Source: Candidatus Methylomirabilota bacterium
GTDB lineage: Bacteria; Methylomirabilota; Methylomirabilia; Rokubacteriales; CSP1-6
Direction of reading: 5' to 3'
Length of the DNA: 64,000 bases
Assembly (NCBI GenBank): GCA_036506275.1
Contig: DASXSB010000031.1
Span: 642 to 64,641, forward strand
Under the pieces are notes generated by a model. The model ran no database searches. It had not been told where the DNA came from and was given only the letters and a program-made list of their open reading frames with translations. Both the position numbers and the translations under genes were made by a program. Every line of letters begins with the position of its first letter. The first letter of the stretch is position 1. Positions 38,820 to 47,692 of this stretch are shown one piece after another.

Positions 38820-41621
38820 CTAATCGCGCCGGAGCGGCAGCGGCCAGGAGCGGCGGGCGAGGAAGCGGTCGATGCCGGCGCGGCCGTCGGCGGCGGCGAC
38901 GAGGCGACCGAAATCGCGCGCCTCGCGGGCGAGACCGGCTTCGAGGCCTTCCGTCAATCCCACGCGCACGACGTCGAGGATGGCGCGCGCGCAGTCGGCG
39001 CGGGGCTCGTGTCGATGATGCGCGAGCAGGCGCTCGACCTCCGGGTCCCGCTCCACGTTCGGAAACGCCATCGTGTCGGGATCGGCGAGCGGGGACCACA
39101 GGTGGCCCTGAAAGCGTCCGAGCGCGATCGCGCGGGCGATGCCGAGGGCGTGGGAAAGCGCGTCGGCGGGCGCCACCTCGTCGACCAGGCCCAGCGACCA
39201 GGCATGCTGCGCCGAACGCCGGCGGCCGTCGAGGAGCAGCACCAGCGCTTCCACGAGGAGCGTGTACATCTGGCCACCGCCGGCGCGCGCCCATCGTAGC
39301 GCGAGGCGCGGGAGCATCTGGGTGCCGCCGAATCCCGGGATCACGTGCAGGTTGATCTCGGGCTGGCCGATCTCGGCGCGGTCGCCGGCCACGCGGTACG
39401 CGCACGCCATCTGGAGCTCGTTGCCGCCGCCGAGCGCGTAGCCGTCGACGGCGCTGACGACGGGCGCGCGGAGTCGCGCCAGTCGCCGGAACACCCGTTG
39501 CGCGCGCGCGGCGAACGCCTCCACGTCCGCCGCCGTCGCGAACGCGCGCAGCTCGCGGATGTCCGCCCCCGCCACGAACATGGCGCCGGCGCCGGTGACG
39601 ACGCACGCCTTGAGATCGCGCTCGGCCTCGAGAACGTCGAGCACGCGCTCGAGGTCGTCGAGGGTGGCGCGGCCGATGGCGTTCGCGGGCGGCGAATCGA
39701 TGGTGACGAGCGCGACCAGCTCCGGAAATCCCGGACGCACGGGATCGAGGCGGGCGCGCACGACGGAGCCATCCACGAAGCGCGACCCCCACGCCCCGTA
39801 CACCTCGCGTACCGTGCGGGCGCCGTCGAGGCTCGGCCCCGCGCCCACGCGGACGGCGAGCGTGCCCGTGTGGCGATTCTCTGCGATGGTCTGGTTGGCG
39901 TCGGCGAGCTCTTCCCACCGTCCCACCGCCGGCGGCGCCACCGCGAGAGCGCCGGCGTCGATCAGCCGAACCACCTCCTCCGCCTGCCACGCGTTGGAGA
40001 GATGGCTGCCGAGGATGGCGAACGCGGGAAAGAGCACGCGCTTCTGGTGCATCCACACGTTCGGCGCGTAGAAGGACAGCCGCTGGGCGTCGGTGGCCTC
40101 GAGATAGACGATGCGGCCGCTGAAGGGACGCGCCAGGAACGTGCTGATGCCGAGCGTGTCCTGACCGGCGCGTTCCACGATCACGTCCGGGTTCCCGCGG
40201 GGATTGTCGGGCGTCGCGAGGAGGCGACCCACGGCCTGGCCGAACGGCTTCAGCGTGCGGTCCTGGTAGCGACGAAAGCCCTCCGGGTCGGTGTCGTAGT
40301 CGGGCATCGCGTCCGGCCACTCGAGGCCGCCGCGCCGCGCCAGCGATTCGAGACTCACGACGGCCTGCACGGGTAACGTGGCGCGGACGTGCTCGGCTTC
40401 GTCGTCGCGCGCCGTCACCACGACCACGCGCGCGGACGCGCGGGCGGCGGCATGGACGGCGTCGGCGGCGACGGCGTCGTCCCCGCCCCCGCGGTGATAG
40501 ACGAGCACGCCTGCGTGCGGCCGCAATCCCGCTCTTCCGTACATCTCGGCGGCCGACGTCGCGCCGGGCTTGCCGAAGAAGGTCAGCGTGTAGCCGCTGG
40601 TGGCGCCGTAGAACACCAGGCGACCACCGGGCGCGAGCAGATCGATCATGCGGGGGAAGAGATCCCGCCCCACCGAGGAGACGACCACGTCGACCAGATC
40701 CCCGTCGTTCCGTTCCCGCACGAGCGCGCGGAAGGCCTCCCCCGCCGCCCGCCACTCGTACCACTCCGCACGGTCGCGCGGCACGGGAGTGAAGACGCCA
40801 TCGAGGCCGGGCGCGCGGCGATTCACGTAGGCGGCGGCGCCACGCTCGAGGATGCGCTTGCCCTTGTCGTCGGTGGACACGAGACCGACGACCCGCGCGC
40901 CCCGCCGCGCGGCGCAGGTGACGGCATAGGTGCCGGTCCCGCCGGCGGCGCCTTCCACGAACACGCGCTCGCCGACCTCCACTCCCGCCACGTCGTAGAG
41001 CGCCTTGTAGACGGTCTCGAGGTCGAGCATGAACGACGCGCCTTCGGGCAGCGTGAGGCGCTCGGAGTGGGCGAGGAGCTGCGGCGCCTGACACCGCACG
41101 AACTGCGCGAACGATCCGTCCGGGGTCTCGTAGCCCTGGATCTTGAAGTCCGCGTGCATGGGATCGTCGCCCGCCCGCGGCGAGAGGAGATCGGAGACGC
41201 CGGGATACAGAACGCGCAGCTCGCCGATCTTCAATCGTCCCTCGCGCGCGGTCTCGCTCCCCACCGCCGCCACCAGCACCACGGCGCCGCTCCCCGCGAC
41301 GTGAAGGTCGCGGTCGTGGAGATCGAAGACGGAGATGGGCACGCCGCGGGCGGCGAAGACGGTGTTGTAGGTGAGGCCGGCGTACAGCACGTAGCCGAGG
41401 GCGTCGTTCGGTCCGAGCGCGGGCGTGGGGACGATCGCGCGCTGGAGGGCGTGGGCAGGCTCGCCGTGGGCGGGCCGGCCCCACCGATCCTTCACCACCG
41501 CCCACACCTCGTGGAGCGGAGGCACCGGGTCGAGCCCGGGCCGGAACGGCGCGCCGACCGGGATCCGTTCGCCGTCCCGCTCCCACCAGCTCCGGTCGAT
41601 GTCCGCCGCCGGCTCCGTCAC
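38820..41621 (-). CDS. fused crotonyl-CoA carboxylase/reductase-like enoyl reductase (N-terminal) and enoyl-CoA hydratase/crotonase (C-terminal)
   Basis: 933 aa. Residues about 1-560 align to the CCR family (DDPMHADFKIQGYETPDGSFAQF, GAAGGTGTYAV, GRLVFYGATSGY). Residues about 640-933 form a crotonase fold (VVTGAGAMFVAGADIREL and VDGYALGGGNELQMACAYRVAG). Confidence 0.7.
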   Translation of the reverse strand: MTEPAADIDRSWWERDGERIPVGAPFRPGLDPVPPLHEVWAVVKDRWGRPAHGEPAHALQRAIVPTPALGPNDALGYVLYAGLTYNTVFAARGVPISVFDLHDRDLHVAGSGAVVLVAAVGSETAREGRLKIGELRVLYPGVSDLLSPRAGDDPMHADFKIQGYETPDGSFAQFVRCQAPQLLAHSERLTLPEGASFMLDLETVYKALYDVAGVEVGERVFVEGAAGGTGTYAVTCAARRGARVVGLVSTDDKGKRILERGAAAYVNRRAPGLDGVFTPVPRDRAEWYEWRAAGEAFRALVRERNDGDLVDVVVSSVGRDLFPRMIDLLAPGGRLVFYGATSGYTLTFFGKPGATSAAEMYGRAGLRPHAGVLVYHRGGGDDAVAADAVHAAARASARVVVVTARDDEAEHVRATLPVQAVVSLESLARRGGLEWPDAMPDYDTDPEGFRRYQDRTLKPFGQAVGRLLATPDNPRGNPDVIVERAGQDTLGISTFLARPFSGRIVYLEATDAQRLSFYAPNVWMHQKRVLFPAFAILGSHLSNAWQAEEVVRLIDAGALAVAPPAVGRWEELADANQTIAENRHTGTLAVRVGAGPSLDGARTVREVYGAWGSRFVDGSVVRARLDPVRPGFPELVALVTIDSPPANAIGRATLDDLERVLDVLEAERDLKACVVTGAGAMFVAGADIRELRAFATAADVEAFAARAQRVFRRLARLRAPVVSAVDGYALGGGNELQMACAYRVAGDRAEIGQPEINLHVIPGFGGTQMLPRLALRWARAGGGQMYTLLVEALVLLLDGRRRSAQHAWSLGLVDEVAPADALSHALGIARAIALGRFQGHLWSPLADPDTMAFPNVERDPEVERLLAHHRHEPRADCARAILDVVRVGLTEGLEAGLAREARDFGRLVAAADGRAGIDRFLARRSWPLPLRRD

Positions 41622-41664
41622 GCGCGCGCTCCGGCGCTGCTCACGTCAGGCGATGCTCATGTCA

Positions 41665-42420
41665 GGCGATGCGGACGATGCCGCGCTCCACCGGCTTGAA
41701 GCGAGCCGCCACCTCGGGGTCGTGCCCGGCCACGATGAGCTTGTCAGCGCCGGCGAGGGCGTGGATGGTGTCGAAGGCCGCCAGCATCTGGGGCAGGCTG
41801 GTGATGATCTGCACAGGCTGATAGCGTTCGACGTTCCGGTAGAAATGCGAGGCGTCGGACGTCAGCACCACGCGTCCGCGCGCGGTCTCCACGGTGACGA
41901 TCTGGAGCCCGGCCGTGTGACCGCCGACCCAGTGCACGCTGAGCCCAGGGAAGACCTCGCGCGAGCCTTCCACGAGCCGGATCCGGTTCGCGTAGTTGAG
42001 GGTGACGAGCGAGCCCATCGAGGGCGCGTTCGCCAGCATCTTGTAGACCTCGTAGCGGGCGATCTGCCCCGTCCAGAACGCCAGCTCCTCCTTCTGAACC
42101 CAGAACTCGGCGCGCGGAAAGAGCGAGTGGCCCGCCCAGTGATCCCAGTGCAGATGCGACACGAGCGCGATCGGGATGGCGTCCGCCTTCACCCCGAGCC
42201 GTTCCACCATCGCGGCCGGGCTCACGAAGTCGCGCAGGCCCCGCTGCACGGCGTCCTCCTCGCGGCATCCGGTGTCGACGAGGACGGGATGCGGCCCGCC
42301 GAGGACGAGCCACACGAAGAAGTCGAGCGTGATCGCCTCGTGGGAGGGCTCGCGATAGAAGAACTGGCAGGCAGTGGTGTCGCGGGCGCCGTACCTGAGC
42401 GCGTAGACCTCGAGCGCCAT
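41665..42420 (-). CDS. MBL-fold metallo-hydrolase (N-acyl-homoserine-lactonase-like)
   Basis: ATG at 42420 gives MALEVYALRYGAR...; HxHxDH motif in LVSHLHWDHWAGH. The start overlaps the upstream gene's stop (ATGA). Confidence 0.75.
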
Positions 42421-43448
42421 CAGCGCGCGACCTCCGCCCGCACGATGCGGGCGCCGGCGCCGAGCGCCTGTAGCTTTCTGCGCGCGACGTCGCGCGGCAG
42501 GGGCACCATCCCGCAGTTCGTGCACGGATAGAGCCGATCGGCCGGGACGAACTCGAGCGCGCGGCGAATGGTGGCGGCGACCTCCGCCGGCGTCTCGACA
42601 CGATGGGTCGCGACGTCGATGCACCCGACGAGCACGTCCTTGCCGCCGAGCAGTGCCAGCAGCGAGAGGGGCACGCGCGAGTTCGCGCACTCGAGCGAGA
42701 TCTGATCGATCCGGCTTCCCGCCAGCAGCGGAAACGTCTTCTCGTACTGTCGCCACTCCGCGCCGAGCGTCTTCTTCCAGTCGACGTTGGCCTGGATTCC
42801 GTAGCCGTAGCAGATGTGGACGGCGGTCCGGCACGTGAGCCCTTCGATGGCGCGATGAAGCGCCTCGATGCCCCAGTGGGCCACGTCGTCCATGTAGACG
42901 TTGAAGGCGGGCTCGTCGAGCTGGAGCACGTCGAGCCCGGCCGCCTGCAGCTCGCGCGCCTCCTCGTTGATGACCCGCGCGAACTCCAGCGCGAGCCGGG
43001 CGCGATCGCGATAGTGCTCGTCGGCGAGCGTGTCCACGATGGTCATGGGGCCGGGGATCGTGAACTTGAGCTGGTGATCGGTGTGCGCGCGCGCCCATCG
43101 CACCTCGTCGACGTGCACGGGAGCGCGCCGCCGCACGGGTGCCGTCACCGTCGGCACCTCCGCCTTGTAGCGGTCGGCGCGGATACCGATCGTCACCCGC
43201 CGGCCGAAATCGATCCCGTCCAGCTTCTCGAGGAACCCGTGCACGAAATGCTGTCGCGACTGCTCGCCGTCGGTGACGATGTCGATGCCCGCCGCCTCCT
43301 GGTCCTTGAGCGCGACGAGCACGGCATCACGCTGGCCGTCCGCGAGGCTCTCGGGTGGCAGCCGCCACGGCGCCCACAGGGTTTCCGGCGTCGCGAGCCA
43401 GGCGGGCTTCGGAAGACTCCCGGCGATCGTCGTGAGTAGCACCGACAC
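42420..43448 (-). CDS. cobalamin-independent methionine synthase (MetE) C-terminal-domain-like protein
   Basis: 342 aa with a UROD/MetE_C-like fold (MSVLLTTIAGSLPKP..., ICYGYG, and Cys residues for zinc binding). Confidence 0.7.
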   Translation of the reverse strand: MSVLLTTIAGSLPKPAWLATPETLWAPWRLPPESLADGQRDAVLVALKDQEAAGIDIVTDGEQSRQHFVHGFLEKLDGIDFGRRVTIGIRADRYKAEVPTVTAPVRRRAPVHVDEVRWARAHTDHQLKFTIPGPMTIVDTLADEHYRDRARLALEFARVINEEARELQAAGLDVLQLDEPAFNVYMDDVAHWGIEALHRAIEGLTCRTAVHICYGYGIQANVDWKKTLGAEWRQYEKTFPLLAGSRIDQISLECANSRVPLSLLALLGGKDVLVGCIDVATHRVETPAEVAATIRRALEFVPADRLYPCTNCGMVPLPRDVARRKLQALGAGARIVRAEVAR

Positions 43449-43534
43449 TCCTCGTCACGCCGTGGTCGTCCCGGCGCGTCCGGGGGAGGATATCAGCGAA
43501 GAACGATGATGGCGAGCGGGCGGGCAGACGACGA

Positions 43535-44683
43535 CTAGAAGAACAGGCGCGCGAGGCCCTTCACGGCGTGAGAGGACACGAAGCGGAGCCGCCGCGCGTA
43601 TGCCACGACGAGCGAGCGCCCGCCAGCGGCTCCGTACTCGGTGGCCATGAACTCGGGCGACGGGAAGAGCAGCGAGCGCGCATAGCGCGCGCGTTCACCG
43701 AAGGTCGGAAGCGCGAAGAGGGCGGCCAGGCTCTCGCCGCCCTCGACCCCGCCCTCGGACGACGCCAGTCTCGCCAGCCATCGATCACGCACGCGGAGGG
43801 GGGCACGGCCGAGCGTATCCCGCACGCCCGGCGGCACCGGCGTGTAGAGGAGGTTGCACACGACGTTGATCAGCGGCGCGATGAGCGGCGCGACCGCGGC
43901 CGCCTCCGCTTCCGCCACGAACGTCAGCCAGTCGAGCCCGGCGCCTTCGCGGCGGACGAGGCGATCGATCTCGTAGAGCCAGAGGAGGGGCGCGTCCGCG
44001 CCCTTGTGGACGGCATGGAGACAGAGATGGAGAAGCAGATCGGCCGGCGCCAGCCGCCACGTCTCCACGCCGGCGACGGTCGCGCGGCGGCAGCGATGCC
44101 ATACGCGCTCCATCGCCACGCGCTCGCCGAACGGCGGGTACGCGATCGTCCAGTGGGGCTCCACGATCATCCAGCCGTGGCGCTGCTTCGCGAACTCGAG
44201 CGTGTAGGAGAACGCGCGCGCGAACCCGGGCCGGCGGTCGATCTCCTGGAATCCGCGCTCCTGCAGGAGCGCGGTCAGCGCCTCCAGCTCGCTCTTGCGC
44301 ACGAGCAAATCGAGATCGCCCATCGGACGCACGCTCGCATCGTCGTGGAGGCGCTCGCCGAGCGCGAGGCCTCGGAGCGGCGCGACCGACAGCGAGCGCT
44401 GGGCGGCGGCCCCGACGATGTCGGCGAGCTCGCTCGCGAACATCAAATTCCGGGCGGCCACTCCCGCCGCGCGCGCCCTCAGCGCTTCGCGCGCGAGCTC
44501 CGGCACCGCGGCCGCGGTCCCGCCCGCCACGAGGGCGCGGTGCAGGAGCGGCGTCAGCGCGTGGCGGTCGGCCTCGTCGAGCGCCGCCGTCCAGCCGTCC
44601 GCGGGCACGAGACCCAGGAGCGTGTCGGCGCTCTCGCCGCGCATGAGGGCGAGCAGCAGCGGATGCGCGCGAGGCGGCGTCAT
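43535..44683 (-). CDS. uncharacterised nucleotidyltransferase-family protein (Pol-beta-like NTase), lasso-cluster associated
   Basis: ATG at 44683 gives MTPPRAHPLLLALMRGESADTLLG...; NTase motif GDLDLLV (hG-x-DxD). It overlaps the kinase stop (ATGA). The track ORF 43535..45700 is over-extended. Confidence 0.75.
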   Translation of the reverse strand: MTPPRAHPLLLALMRGESADTLLGLVPADGWTAALDEADRHALTPLLHRALVAGGTAAAVPELAREALRARAAGVAARNLMFASELADIVGAAAQRSLSVAPLRGLALGERLHDDASVRPMGDLDLLVRKSELEALTALLQERGFQEIDRRPGFARAFSYTLEFAKQRHGWMIVEPHWTIAYPPFGERVAMERVWHRCRRATVAGVETWRLAPADLLLHLCLHAVHKGADAPLLWLYEIDRLVRREGAGLDWLTFVAEAEAAAVAPLIAPLINVVCNLLYTPVPPGVRDTLGRAPLRVRDRWLARLASSEGGVEGGESLAALFALPTFGERARYARSLLFPSPEFMATEYGAAGGRSLVVAYARRLRFVSSHAVKGLARLFF

Positions 44684-45663
44684 GCCGCGAGGTCCACCTC
44701 GACGGCCGCCCGCACCGCGCGCAGGCGATGGAGGCCGCGGGGGAAGCTCAAGCGCTTGACGGGAACGGCGACCGCGAGCCGTGCCGCCAGCTCGAACTGG
44801 CGCGCGAGACGAGCGGGATCGCGAACGAGCGTGTTGAACGTGGCGCGCACGAGCTCCACGAACGCCGCGCGCGGCGAGAGCGGCTCGATCGCGACCGCGG
44901 GCGGGCGGGGACCCTTTGGAGAGCCAAGGACGTAAAGCGCCGCCAGCGGCGCCGCCTCCGCGTGGCCGAGACCATTGCGGAGGGGGATCACGAGCTTCGG
45001 CGTGAGATCGTTCATCGGCGTCCCGCCCGCGGCGTCCCCGAGCACCGCGCGCGCGACGTGAGGAAAGAGCTTGATGCGCGCCGGGCCGGGATGGGCGAGA
45101 TAGCCCCGGGGATCCGGCGTCAGCACCAGGAGATCGTCGGTGAGCAGCGCGTGTCCCGCGCGGAGAAAGGCGGCGCCGAGGCTCGACTTGCCGTACCCGC
45201 AGTCGCCCACGAAGCCGACGGCGCGGCCGTTCACCACCGCCGCCGTCGAGTGGAGCGGTTCCCGGCCCAGCCGGAGCAGCGCGAACGAGAGCGTGTGGCC
45301 GAGGAGGTACGTGCGAAACGCCTCGAAGGCGTCCCTGCGCAGCGGCCGGCAATCGATGGCGCGACCGTCGGCGGCGACCAGGAACTCGAAGAGTCCGCGC
45401 CAGCGCACGTAGTCGGCGCCGTCGGCGAGGCGCGCGTGCTCGAACCACGCTGCCGGCGCCCGGCGGCGGAGCTGACGCCGCGCGGGCGCGAAGAACGCGG
45501 CCGGGCGCTCGTGGATCGCGGCCTCGGGCGGCCGGCCGTCTTCTCCACGCGGACACGGAAGCGGCACCACGCTCGCCACGCGCAGTCCGTAGACCTCGTA
45601 GGTGGCGGGATCGCCGGGCGCCGCGCCACGAGAGGCGCGCACGGTCGGGATCGCCGTCCTCAT
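44680..45663 (-). CDS. HPr-kinase-related serine kinase (lasso peptide tailoring kinase family)
   Basis: ATG at 45663 gives MRTAIPTVRASRG.... It has the HprK C-terminal-like domain with Walker A GDCGYGKSSLG. Its start overlaps the precursor stop (ATGA). Confidence 0.8.
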   Translation of the reverse strand: MRTAIPTVRASRGAAPGDPATYEVYGLRVASVVPLPCPRGEDGRPPEAAIHERPAAFFAPARRQLRRRAPAAWFEHARLADGADYVRWRGLFEFLVAADGRAIDCRPLRRDAFEAFRTYLLGHTLSFALLRLGREPLHSTAAVVNGRAVGFVGDCGYGKSSLGAAFLRAGHALLTDDLLVLTPDPRGYLAHPGPARIKLFPHVARAVLGDAAGGTPMNDLTPKLVIPLRNGLGHAEAAPLAALYVLGSPKGPRPPAVAIEPLSPRAAFVELVRATFNTLVRDPARLARQFELAARLAVAVPVKRLSFPRGLHRLRAVRAAVEVDLAA

Positions 45664-45815
45664 CCGCTCCCCGCGCGCGTCTTGGGGCCGGGGTTGGCAC
45701 CGTTGTTGGCTTCGTTCTTCGCCTTCTGCGTGCCCTCCGTGAGCGTGCGGAGGTCGCCGTAGCGCCGGAGGCGCGGCGGCGCGTACGGCTTCTTCGTGTG
45801 GGTCGGTGTCGTCAT
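45660..45815 (-). CDS. lasso peptide precursor (51 aa)
   Basis: MTTPTHTKKPYAPPRLRRYGDLRTLTE|GTQKAKNEANNGANPGPKTRAGSG. The leader matches YxxPxLx3Gx5Tx exactly (Y11, P14, L16, G20, T26). The core starts with Gly1 and has Glu8 for an 8-residue macrolactam. A GGGGGAG RBS lies 6 nt upstream. The ATG overlaps the upstream cyclase stop and the stop overlaps the kinase start. The gene is missing from the ORF track because it is under 60 aa. Confidence 0.85.
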   Translation of the reverse strand: MTTPTHTKKPYAPPRLRRYGDLRTLTEGTQKAKNEANNGANPGPKTRAGSG

Positions 45816-47692
45816 GTCGTTCTCCCCCAGAAGCGCTCGAGCCAGCGATCCACCGTGACGAGGAACCAGACTTCCCAGCGCAGCTCTTTTTGACCGGCGA
45901 CGTAGCGGTCCACCAGCCGTCGCGCCGATCGGAGGTCCACGTAGCGGCCGAGGCGGCCGGAGCGGTTCTCGAGCGCGGCCGGAGGATCGCGGCGGCACAG
46001 CGCGGTGAGGCTCCGGTCCATCGTGTCCGTCCAGTCGCCCTTGCCGCGCCGGAAGCGGATGGTGTCGGGCACGATGCCGCGCATCGCGCTTCGAAGTAGC
46101 CGCTTCCGCTCACCGCCGTGCGTTCGCCGCGTCGACGGCACGGAGAGGACGTACTCCACGAGCCGGGCATCGAGGAACGGAAAGCGCGTCTCCACGCCCG
46201 CCGCCGCCGACGCGCGCTCGTCGACCTCGAGCTTCAACACCTGGTACGCGCTGGCCACGCAGAGATAGCTGTCGGCTTGCGCGAACGATGGAAACGGGAC
46301 GGTGTGCCACGGCTCGCGCAGGCGATCGCGCAGGCCGACGGCGCGCGCCAGTCCTCCGTTGATCCACGGCGGCGGCGCCCGCCGCAGAGCGCGCTTGGCG
46401 ACGTACTTCATCCGCGGCGGGACCAGCAGCGCGAGGGCCATGCCCGCGAACTGCGCCCGGCTCCCGCCGTACCACGAGGCGAACGCGCGCGTGTCGTGGA
46501 GGAAGCGGCGGAGCCGGAGCTCGTGCACGAGGTCGGCGAGATACCCGACCTCGTCGAGGAGATGATCGCCGCCGTCGCCGGAGAGCAGCACGCGGCAACC
46601 CCACGCCAGAACGGCGTCGGTGCCGGCGAGCACGCTCTGGCGAGCCGCTCCCACGATGGGGCTCTCCACCTCCCACAGCAGCTCGTCGATCCGGTGGAGA
46701 GGATCATCGTCGGCGGCGTGGATCTCATGGCCCTTGCGACCGGTGGCGGCGACGACGTCCCGCGCGAACGTCCGCTCGTCGGAGGCAGGGTCATCGGAAA
46801 AGAGCGTGAACGCCTCCAGCGCCGGCACGCCACCGTCGGGGCCGCCGCCGTACCGCTCGGCCGTGCACAGGATCGCGGAGGAGTCGAGGCCACCACTAAC
46901 GAAGACGCCGATCGGGAACTCGCTGCGCAGGCGGCAGCGCACGGCCTCGGCGAACAGCGTCAGGAAGTGGTCGACGTACTCGTCGTCGCGCGCGTAGCGC
47001 GTCTCGCGCAGGGGATCGATGGCCCAGTACCGCCCCACGCGGGCGACGCCGTTGCGCACGGTCAGCACGTGTCCCGGCGGGAGCCGGCACATCCCGCGAA
47101 AGAACGTGCGGTCGTGATCGCGCTCGCGGAACTCGCGGAGCAGGAACGCGAGCACCATCTCGTCGTCGGGCTCCGGGATGGCGCCGCGCGCGGCCAGCAA
47201 CGGCTTGATCTCGGATCCGAAGAACAGCGTCGGCCCCGCCCATGTGTAGTGCAGGGGCTTGAGCCCGAGGCGGTCGCGCGCGCACACGAGCGTTTGCACG
47301 CGGTCGTCCCACAGCGCGAACGCGAACTCGCCGACCATGTGGTCGAGCGCGCGCAGACCCCAGCGGCGGTACGCGCGAAGCACGAGCGCGGGGTCGGTGG
47401 CGCCGGCCCCCGGCGCCATGTCGGCGCCGAGCGTCACCGTCAGCTCCTGGCGGTTGTCGAGGCGCCCATCCCAGACGAGCCGGACGTCACCGGTGTCGTC
47501 GATGACGGGCTGCTTTTCGTGGAGCGATTCCGGCGTCGTGTAGAGCAGGCGATGCCCGAGACCGATCGGCCCCTCGTGCCACTGGCCTTCCCCATCCGAG
47601 CCGCGATGCGCGATGGCCTTGACCATCCGCGCGAGCGTGGTCGGGTCCACGGGGCGACCGTCGGTGCGATGGATTCCGACCAGTCCGCTCAC
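45812..47692 (-). CDS. lasso peptide lactam synthetase, asparagine-synthetase-like cyclase paralog 2
   Basis: GTG at 47692 gives VSGLVGIHRTDG.... There is no catalytic Cys2 (Ser instead). It carries the PP-loop FVSGGLDSS and a full AsnB-like C-terminal domain. Its start overlaps the paralog-1 stop (GTGA). Confidence 0.8.
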   Translation of the reverse strand: MSGLVGIHRTDGRPVDPTTLARMVKAIAHRGSDGEGQWHEGPIGLGHRLLYTTPESLHEKQPVIDDTGDVRLVWDGRLDNRQELTVTLGADMAPGAGATDPALVLRAYRRWGLRALDHMVGEFAFALWDDRVQTLVCARDRLGLKPLHYTWAGPTLFFGSEIKPLLAARGAIPEPDDEMVLAFLLREFRERDHDRTFFRGMCRLPPGHVLTVRNGVARVGRYWAIDPLRETRYARDDEYVDHFLTLFAEAVRCRLRSEFPIGVFVSGGLDSSAILCTAERYGGGPDGGVPALEAFTLFSDDPASDERTFARDVVAATGRKGHEIHAADDDPLHRIDELLWEVESPIVGAARQSVLAGTDAVLAWGCRVLLSGDGGDHLLDEVGYLADLVHELRLRRFLHDTRAFASWYGGSRAQFAGMALALLVPPRMKYVAKRALRRAPPPWINGGLARAVGLRDRLREPWHTVPFPSFAQADSYLCVASAYQVLKLEVDERASAAAGVETRFPFLDARLVEYVLSVPSTRRTHGGERKRLLRSAMRGIVPDTIRFRRGKGDWTDTMDRSLTALCRRDPPAALENRSGRLGRYVDLRSARRLVDRYVAGQKELRWEVWFLVTVDRWLERFWGRTT

